Source of the DNA: an uncultured Pseudomonadota bacterium
GTDB lineage: Bacteria > Babelota > Babeliae > Babelales > JACPOV01
Direction of reading: 5' to 3'
Length of the DNA stretch: 33,913 nucleotides
Assembly: GCA_964620245.1 (NCBI GenBank)
Contig: CAZUJC010000006.1
Location: forward strand, 1 to 33,913
The notes beneath the pieces are model-generated. The model was not told the origin of the DNA. It was given only the letters and a program-made list of their open reading frames with translations, and searched no databases. Shown here one piece after another: positions 18,940-25,777 of the stretch (within the stretch, counting starts at the first letter, position 1; the number at the start of each line of letters is the position of its first letter). A program made the translations under genes and the position numbers.

Positions 18940-19194
18940 ATGAAAAAACTACTAACGCGCTATATTTTTGATCTCATAATAAGTACATTTTTTTCGCGTC
19001 ATTACAAAAATGCTCGTGCATTTTATCAAGATCGTCCAGCACTGGCATTAATCACTCATTGGGTGGAAGGGTTTGGAATGGCATTACTATTGCAGCATTA
19101 TTTTCAGGGTACCTCTTTTTTACCACCAGCCGTTGGCTGGATATTGGTTTGCATACCAATCGGTTTGCACGTTATTGCGCTTATCAAAAAATAA
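18940..19194 (+). CDS. Small two-TM membrane protein, paralog B
   Basis: Start at ATG 18940 (84 aa). Shares H...GFG.A..LQHY..G..FLP..VGWILV.I....H..AL with paralog A. Confidence 0.75.
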   Translation: MKKLLTRYIFDLIISTFFSRHYKNARAFYQDRPALALITHWVEGFGMALLLQHYFQGTSFLPPAVGWILVCIPIGLHVIALIKK

Positions 19195-19197
19195 TTG

Positions 19198-19959
19198 CTA
19201 GTGATCGGTTGCTGGAACTTCGGTTTGCATTGGCCCTTCAGAAAGCCCACGAATAAATTGATAAATATAAGGATTATCTGATTCCCACACCGTCTTTGCA
19301 CTACCAAAATAACGAATTTGGCCATCATGCAACAATGCAACATTGTCAGCATATTTGAAAATTTCAACATCGTGAGAAATCACAACTGATGTAATAGAAA
19401 GACGTTGCTGCATATCATACATCAATTCATGAATAAGACGTGCTGTAATGGGGTCTAGCCCAGTTGTCGGCTCATCATACAGAATAATTTGTGGTTGGGT
19501 GATTAATGTGCGTGCCAAGCCAACACGCTTTTTCATACCACCGGAAAGCTCTGAAGGATATTTGTACAAAACATCGTGAGATAAATTAACTAAATTTAAT
19601 TTTTCTTTCACGATCGGCAACACTTTTTCAGGCTCAACACCTTGCTCAAGTAAAGTAATGCCAATATTTTCAAATACATTTAATGAATCAAGTAATGCTG
19701 CAAACTGAAATACGTACCCAAAGGTGCGAAAAACGGTTTCAAGTTCGTCATCAGATATAGTAGTAATATCTTTGCCGTTAACAAGAATTGATCCCGAAGT
19801 TGGACGAATGAGACCAACAATTTGTTTGAGAAGGACAGATTTTCCTTCACCCGAACGACCCACGATACAGGTCATTTGATGATCAGGAATTGTTAAATTG
19901 ACCCCTTTGGTTACCCTATGGCCGTCAAATTCTTTGCGTAAATCGATAATTTCGATCAT
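19198..19959 (-). CDS. mlaF: MlaF/Ttg2A family ABC ATPase
   Basis: Walker A GRSGEGKS, FQFAALLDSL, PSELSGGMKKRVGLAR, YDEPTTGLDP, SHD, QFIRG..EGP. Confidence 0.93.
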   Translation of the reverse strand: MIEIIDLRKEFDGHRVTKGVNLTIPDHQMTCIVGRSGEGKSVLLKQIVGLIRPTSGSILVNGKDITTISDDELETVFRTFGYVFQFAALLDSLNVFENIGITLLEQGVEPEKVLPIVKEKLNLVNLSHDVLYKYPSELSGGMKKRVGLARTLITQPQIILYDEPTTGLDPITARLIHELMYDMQQRLSITSVVISHDVEIFKYADNVALLHDGQIRYFGSAKTVWESDNPYIYQFIRGLSEGPMQTEVPATDH

Positions 19960-19972
19960 GGTGCCCTTTATT

Positions 19973-20746
19973 TCAAAATAAGAATGCGGTTAAGAAATAG
20001 TTGGCAATCAAAATCATAATTGATGAAATAACAACGCTTTGCGTTGTTGAACGTCCAACACCGCGCGCTCCACCAACCGTTTTGTATCCTTTGTATGCGC
20101 CGACCCACGATAAAATAAGCCCGAAAACACCCGCTTTAAACAACCCTTTGGTAATATCTGAAAACTCAACATACCGTTGAATACCAGTGATGTATTGTTC
20201 TCCATTTAAACCCAGAACGTACACCGCAATCATGTACCCACCAACAATACCAAAGAGAGTTGCAAACAACGAAAGAAACGGCAACATAATTGTCGTTGCA
20301 ACAATGCGCGGCACCACCAAATATTGCCAGGTGTTAATACACAAGGTACGTAATGCATCAATTTGTTCGGTAATGCGCATAGTCCCAATCTCGGCAGCAA
20401 TTGCTGAACCAGCACGGCCAGTGACCATTAATCCGGTTAGCACAGGACCTAATTCACGCGCAAGTGCCAACGCAACAACCGGACCAATAAATTCTTGCCC
20501 ACCAAAACGCTTAAACCCAATATAACTTTGAAACGCAAGCACCGCACCTGCAAATGTGCCGGTTAACAGCACAATACTGAGTGAATCGACGCCCAATGTT
20601 TGCATATGAGCAAATGTTTTACTCACTTTTAACCGAGTGGTAACCATTGTTTTGAGTGCTATAAAAAGAAATATGACAAACGATCCAAACCGATTGCATA
20701 GATTGAGTACATACCGACCAATATCATCAATAAATTGCATGATCAT
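19973..20746 (-). CDS. mlaE: MlaE family ABC permease
   Basis: RELGPVLTGLMVTGRAGSAIAAEIGTMRITEQIDAL, GGARGVGRSTT.SVV. Start probably at ATG 20746 or 20740 rather than 20797. Confidence 0.95.
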   Translation of the reverse strand: MIMQFIDDIGRYVLNLCNRFGSFVIFLFIALKTMVTTRLKVSKTFAHMQTLGVDSLSIVLLTGTFAGAVLAFQSYIGFKRFGGQEFIGPVVALALARELGPVLTGLMVTGRAGSAIAAEIGTMRITEQIDALRTLCINTWQYLVVPRIVATTIMLPFLSLFATLFGIVGGYMIAVYVLGLNGEQYITGIQRYVEFSDITKGLFKAGVFGLILSWVGAYKGYKTVGGARGVGRSTTQSVVISSIMILIANYFLTAFLF

Positions 20747-20775
20747 AAGGTCTTCTACTTCCCTTTTTATCAAAT

Positions 20776-21069
20776 TTATAGAGTAGGTTTTTGCCACACT
20801 ATAGATTGTTGTTGGTTAAGATAGCGTGATGAACGATAATTTGACGTTTTCATAATTGAAAGCGCAAGAGAACCTCCCATAAAAAGTGCTCCAAAAACCC
20901 ACGTAATTTTTTGAAACAGATCTTGACCGCCAGATCCACCAAACAATAACTGTGCGCCACCGCCCAGGTTACCAAGCCCCATACTTCCTTTGCCTTTTTG
21001 CAACAAAATGAGCAAAAGCAGAAGTAGGCAGAGGAAAAAATAAAGGGTGACGAGCAATCCAAAAATCAT
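20776..21069 (-). CDS. secG: Preprotein translocase subunit SecG
   Basis: ILLQKGKG..GLG..GG....LFG......F.KIT motif, two TMs, conserved tpiA-secG order; GGGAG RBS before ATG 21069. Confidence 0.93.
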   Translation of the reverse strand: MIFGLLVTLYFFLCLLLLLLILLQKGKGSMGLGNLGGGAQLLFGGSGGQDLFQKITWVFGALFMGGSLALSIMKTSNYRSSRYLNQQQSIVWQKPTL

Positions 21070-21093
21070 AAGCACTCCCGTTGTGTAATACCG

Positions 21094-21864
21094 TTATTCT
21101 CTTGTTGATAATACAATTTTTTTTAGTAATTGAAAATCGGTGCTTGCTTTTCCTACCAAAAAGCCGGCTATTTGAGGAATTTGCCACAATCGAGCAGCAT
21201 TATGTTCATTAACACTGCCTCCATAAAGCAACACTACCGAATGTAAGTCTTTGTACGATTCAAAAATAGCCTCAAGCTGCTCAAAAACATCCTGCAAATA
21301 TGCATTATCTGCCACGATTCCGGTTCCAATCGACCAGAGAGGCTCATAGGCAATACATACCATTTTGGATTGTTTTTGACGATCAAGTGCCAGCTGGATT
21401 GGTTTTAATTGCTCAACTATTTTTTCCAACTCATTTTTTGATTGATATTCTTGAAGAGTTTCACCAACACACACAATGGGAGTAATGTTGTTTTTTAACA
21501 GCTGCTCTATTTTCGCGCTTATTGTTTCATCATTTTCAATGCACGCATGCCGCACTTCACTGTGACCTACAATGCACCACCTGCACCCAATTTCATGCAA
21601 CGATCGTGCCGCAATTTGCCCCGTATAAGCACCTGTTTCGTGTGCTGAACAATTTTGTGCACCAAGCGCCAGCTGAGTGTTTTGCAAATTTTGGGCAGCT
21701 ATTGAAAGTGATTCAAACGATGGGCACAAAACAACGGTTGTTGAAGAGGAAGTAGCAAGTTGTTGCAACTGACTACTATTTTTTTCTAACCATGAACACG
21801 TTTCATTGAATGAAAAATACATTTTCCAATTAGCTACTACAAAACGTTGCATAGTGCGCTGCAT
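21094..21864 (-). CDS. tpiA: Triosephosphate isomerase
   Basis: ANWKM, GAQN, GAYTG, GHSE.R, AYEP.W.IGTG, YGGSV, GFLVG.AS. Confidence 0.97.
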   Translation of the reverse strand: MQRTMQRFVVANWKMYFSFNETCSWLEKNSSQLQQLATSSSTTVVLCPSFESLSIAAQNLQNTQLALGAQNCSAHETGAYTGQIAARSLHEIGCRWCIVGHSEVRHACIENDETISAKIEQLLKNNITPIVCVGETLQEYQSKNELEKIVEQLKPIQLALDRQKQSKMVCIAYEPLWSIGTGIVADNAYLQDVFEQLEAIFESYKDLHSVVLLYGGSVNEHNAARLWQIPQIAGFLVGKASTDFQLLKKIVLSTRE

Positions 21865-21942
21865 ATGATTTACCTTTTTGTAAAAAAATAGAGCAATCTT
21901 CTAACTAGTGTATACATTTTTTATGCAGTTAAGGAAAAAAAC

Positions 21943-22968
21943 ATGAACTACAATTTTTGTGCAATTCTTATTATTTTGATTCCTGTGCAGCTTTTTGCCA
22001 TGTCGGCAAACGATCAAGCAAAACAATGCCGATTGTACCAAAATGCTGAAATCACTTCTCAAAATTTGTATTCCTTGTCACGTAAAATGTCTCCAGAATT
22101 GCAACAAGCGGTCAATTCATGGGCAAAAGAGCATGGCCAATTTTTGCATACCGCTCTACCACTCACGCAAGATACAATCACCGACAAAGATGAAATTACC
22201 ACTGAGCAACAAACATTTAAAAAAATAATTAATGAAAAATTTGTCAACAAATCAGAAAAAAATGCATCATTTGATGTTATGCTCAATAATGAAAAATGGT
22301 TCATTAAATTTGTAGGCCCCGAACGAAGAGCTCACGCTATTTTACATGCAAATAACTTCTTTCAACAATATACTCAATTAACCAAACATTTGACGCGTAA
22401 ACATACCTATATGACTCCCAGTCATGTAGCAGGTTATTTACGAGCAATTGAAATAATCAAGGCAAAAAAACTAACTAAATTCAAGGTACCTGCAACCTAT
22501 TTGGCTCAAATTCCCGAAAGAACTGACATAACCACTCAAGTAAATGATGAAAATTGTTTTGTTATACAAGAAAATCTTCCACAAATGGAATTCTTAGACA
22601 AAAATTCAAAACTCATAACAGACATTGATGAACACACTCTCTATGAACTCTACACAATTATTAAAGCAGTACCTTTGTGGGATGTAGCTGCAAATCTTTT
22701 GTTTGACCAAAATGATGGTTCTTATGCAGTGTGTGATTTAGAACAATCATGGGAAGAACCAGATAAGTTTTTTAATAGAGACGCTGAATTGGTAAAACTA
22801 AAAATAAGCAATGGAATTGAAGAATTGGGTCTTCTTATTAAATTAAGTGCCAAGCGGGGATTTGAAGTACATGAACAACATACAAACTTTGTAAAATTCG
22901 TTCAAAATGATGATTATTTTCAAAAACTAGGCATTCCGGATCGTATAAAAAAAACACTCATCTTATAA
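21943..22968 (+). CDS. Secreted hypothetical protein, possible protein-kinase-like fold
   Basis: Signal peptide ending QLFA; spaced motifs WFIK, FKVP, FVIQE, WDVAAN, VCDLE. Confidence 0.6.
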   Translation: MNYNFCAILIILIPVQLFAMSANDQAKQCRLYQNAEITSQNLYSLSRKMSPELQQAVNSWAKEHGQFLHTALPLTQDTITDKDEITTEQQTFKKIINEKFVNKSEKNASFDVMLNNEKWFIKFVGPERRAHAILHANNFFQQYTQLTKHLTRKHTYMTPSHVAGYLRAIEIIKAKKLTKFKVPATYLAQIPERTDITTQVNDENCFVIQENLPQMEFLDKNSKLITDIDEHTLYELYTIIKAVPLWDVAANLLFDQNDGSYAVCDLEQSWEEPDKFFNRDAELVKLKISNGIEELGLLIKLSAKRGFEVHEQHTNFVKFVQNDDYFQKLGIPDRIKKTLIL

Positions 22969-22976
22969 TTTTCTAC

Positions 22977-23011
22977 AAATAGAGGCAGGAAATCTCCTGC
23001 CTCTATTTTTT
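22977..23011. terminator. Bidirectional intrinsic terminator between convergent genes
   Basis: Perfect 14-bp inverted repeat AAATAGAGGCAGGA-AATC-TCCTGCCTCTATTT followed by further Ts. Confidence 0.88.
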
Positions 23012-23026
23012 GCACTGTTATTGTTT

Positions 23027-23149
23027 TTATTTTTTCATTCCTTGCAATGTTGCTGTTAGTTGAGTTAACTGATCAAGCAGTTTTTGCATTGAGGCAACAA
23101 GAGGTTGCATACCCACTGGGCCTGGCGCGGGTGACGGTGTTGGTGTCGG
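23027..23149 (-). repeat. 123-bp direct repeat copy 1 (3' end of ANK-1)
   Basis: Ungapped match to 25655-25777 with 14 mismatches by manual count. Confidence 0.92.
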
Positions 23150-24211
23150 TGCAATCGCAAAATTTGTAAGTGGTAACGCTTGCGCTTTTTCAAGTGCATT
23201 GATAATTCGTTGGAACTTGATCTTCCCCTGTCCGGTTTCTGCTTTCTCTTCCTCGCGCGCCATATCAAGCGCCATTTTTCCACTGATTTGTCCGACCAAA
23301 TTAGCACCTAATTCAATCAATGCTTCAACAACTCCCAAAGAACCGTTTTTTGCAGCAGCTGCAATCGGGGTGAACCCCGCAACAATACCATTTTTATCAG
23401 CACCTGCTGCAATTATCGCTTGTGTAAATTCTTTTGCATTCATATCGCTAATGTCTGAATTCATAGCCACCGCCATTAAGGGTGTATATCCTGTATCAGG
23501 ATCAGAAAAAGTCGGATTGAATGGTTTTTTAAGCAATGTTCTGATTGCTTCAATATTGCTCTGTGCAATGGCCGCGATCAGATCTGTAGCGTTTTTATTA
23601 GCATTAAAAAACTCTGGTCCCGGCATTGGTGGCGCTGATGGCTGCTTTGACTTTGCATCTTGAAGTTTTTTTACTAACGCATCAAGTTTTTTATCACGTG
23701 CAATTTTTATTTCAGCATCTGTTACTTGTGCACCATTTGCTAAAAGAAAATCAATAACATCTCCATATCCACCGTTAGCAGCAGCCCATAATGCTGACAC
23801 ACCAAACATATCAATTGCATTTACATCGTTATCGTTAGTGAATAATAATTTCACTAAATCCAAATCACCTTTTTCTGCAGCATTCATAAGTGGCGTTTTA
23901 CCTACATCATCAGCAATTTTTAATGCACCTGCTGGAAGAACCTGAAGAAAAAACTCAATTATATCTCTATATCTTTTATCAGATTTATTGTAGTTTTTGG
24001 TTAAATAACCAAGAGCTGTTGCTCTATCCGGTCCACCTGTATATGATAAAAGACCTGGAAATTGGCCTACGTTGCCCTTATTAATTACCATCTGTGCAAT
24101 CATATTTTCTTCAAACGGCTTCAGCCATTCTTGTTTTTGCTCATTGGTCATGGCCACCATTGCATTTCCAGAGAATAAACAACTTATAAGTAATATTAAT
24201 TTAGTTCTCAT
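23027..24211 (-). CDS. Secreted ankyrin repeat protein (ANK-1, 394 aa)
   Basis: Signal peptide; GKTPLMNAAEKGDLDLVKLL, GVSALWAAANGG, GYTPLM, GFTPIAAAAKNG; Pro-rich linkers; C-terminal heptad helix. Confidence 0.92.
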   Translation of the reverse strand: MRTKLILLISCLFSGNAMVAMTNEQKQEWLKPFEENMIAQMVINKGNVGQFPGLLSYTGGPDRATALGYLTKNYNKSDKRYRDIIEFFLQVLPAGALKIADDVGKTPLMNAAEKGDLDLVKLLFTNDNDVNAIDMFGVSALWAAANGGYGDVIDFLLANGAQVTDAEIKIARDKKLDALVKKLQDAKSKQPSAPPMPGPEFFNANKNATDLIAAIAQSNIEAIRTLLKKPFNPTFSDPDTGYTPLMAVAMNSDISDMNAKEFTQAIIAAGADKNGIVAGFTPIAAAAKNGSLGVVEALIELGANLVGQISGKMALDMAREEEKAETGQGKIKFQRIINALEKAQALPLTNFAIAPTPTPSPAPGPVGMQPLVASMQKLLDQLTQLTATLQGMKK

Positions 24212-24226
24212 GTTTTTCCTTTTTTT

Positions 24227-25540
24227 TTAACTTATTGCCATTATGGCTGTTTTCAATGACTCAATCTGTTTGTTCAGATTGTTCATTGATAGCTGCACAC
24301 TAGATTGTTGCATTTTTTTCTTAAGCAACTCAATAATTGCTTCCATTTTTTCTTTATTACGTCCCGCTTTTAACTCACCTTGTGCCCACACAAGAACATC
24401 AATTGCGCCAGCTTTAGGGTCAGCACCAGCTTGTAAAAGCATATCAACCGCATCTACATGCCCCGCAGTAACCGCAAGCATAAGCGGCGTATGACCTACT
24501 TCATTGATTGCATTAACATCACTATTTTCAATTAAAAGACGCAAAAGTTTTTGATTTTCTCGTGAATCAGGGATTGTTTTAAGGAATAACATCAGAGGAG
24601 TCATACCTGCTTGATCACGTTGCTCAAAATCAATCATCTTTGGATCAAGTGCAAGAAGTTCTTTAATCAATGATATTCTTTTTTTGATAATTGCACTCAG
24701 CAAGCTGCGCCCTCTATTTACACGTTCTTCCTGCTCTCTACCAACATCAGGACGTTCTACCGGTTGCTGATAGCCGATTTTTTCTTCAACTAATTTTAAT
24801 ATTGCACGAGCTTTGCGATTTAATTCGCGCATTGCCAATGTTTCGCGAACACGATCTCGCGCTCTTTCAAGAAGATTTTCTTTAGAAGCGATATCGCCTT
24901 TGAGCAGTTCTTTTACTAACTGTTCATTGCTTGCATAAATTGCACCAATGAGCGCAATCTGCTTGTCGGTCAGCAAGCGAACAATATCAGAATATTTTTG
25001 CGCCAGTTGCTTATTTTCTTTTTTTACTTTTTCGTTTGCCCGCGGATTATTTATTGCATTTGTTGCTTGTGTTATTTCATTTCGTGCTATTTCAAGCGCA
25101 GTTTGACCTTTTTTGTTTTTCAGCTGCACATCAGCACCATGCACAATGAGAAACTCTGCAGCAGGAACTGCGCCGACATTAACCGCAACCATGAGGGGTG
25201 TATTGCCATCTTTATCCACAGCATTGATATTGGCACCTTTTGCAACTAATTCGCGCATTAATTTTTGCGCTCGGGCAGTACCAGTGATGGTGCGATATGA
25301 GCTAATCAACCACATTAATGGTGTTGCACCCTGTTTGTTATCCTGCACATTAACATCAATTTCATTTGACCCAAAACGTAACAACTTCTCAACTTCATCT
25401 AATTGACCAGGAGTGACAATTGCACGAATAAGGTCGACACCTCTTTGTCGAGCAGTTGCGCCTGACTCTTTTTGCATACTATTAAGCAACGGCACAATGC
25501 ATAACAAACCACTTAACGCTACTATTTTTTTTCGCATCAT
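24227..25540 (-). CDS. Secreted ankyrin repeat protein (ANK-2, 437 aa)
   Basis: Signal peptide; GATPLM, GANINAVDKDGNTPLMVAV, GQTALEIA, GMTPLM, GHTPLMLAVTAGH; AAGGAG RBS. Confidence 0.92.
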   Translation of the reverse strand: MMRKKIVALSGLLCIVPLLNSMQKESGATARQRGVDLIRAIVTPGQLDEVEKLLRFGSNEIDVNVQDNKQGATPLMWLISSYRTITGTARAQKLMRELVAKGANINAVDKDGNTPLMVAVNVGAVPAAEFLIVHGADVQLKNKKGQTALEIARNEITQATNAINNPRANEKVKKENKQLAQKYSDIVRLLTDKQIALIGAIYASNEQLVKELLKGDIASKENLLERARDRVRETLAMRELNRKARAILKLVEEKIGYQQPVERPDVGREQEERVNRGRSLLSAIIKKRISLIKELLALDPKMIDFEQRDQAGMTPLMLFLKTIPDSRENQKLLRLLIENSDVNAINEVGHTPLMLAVTAGHVDAVDMLLQAGADPKAGAIDVLVWAQGELKAGRNKEKMEAIIELLKKKMQQSSVQLSMNNLNKQIESLKTAIMAIS

Positions 25541-25598
25541 TTCTCCTTATTTAATTTATTTTTTTTGAGAATATAGAAAAATCTACATCTATTTGCAC

Positions 25599-25635
25599 AA
25601 AAAAAACAAGGCAAGCGAACAAATCGCTTGCCTTG
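25599..25635 (-). terminator. Rho-independent terminator after ANK-3
   Basis: Perfect 12-bp stem CAAGGCAAGCGA-ACAAA-TCGCTTGCCTTG followed on the minus strand by an 8-nt T tract. Confidence 0.88.
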
Positions 25636-25654
25636 AAAATTATTATTCCGTTTT

Positions 25655-25777
25655 TTATTTTTGCATTCCTTGCAATGTTGTTGTTAATTGAGTCAACTGA
25701 TCAAGCAGTTTTTGCATTGAGGCAACTAGAGGTTGCATACCCACAGGCCCAGGCATTGGTGAAGGTGTTGGAGTTGG
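25655..25777 (-). repeat. 123-bp direct repeat copy 2 (3' end of ANK-3)
   Basis: Ungapped match to 23027-23149. Confidence 0.92.

Noticed and set aside
21943-21952. Third copy of ATGAACTACA at the start of the kinase-like gene
   Set aside because: One extra copy of an AT-rich 10-mer in 34 kb is compatible with chance, and there is no extended similarity.
23027-25777. The 123-bp repeat pair as a DGR template/variable repeat
   Set aside because: Mismatches are not adenine-specific and are mostly synonymous, both copies are coding 3' ends, and no reverse transcriptase is present in the window.
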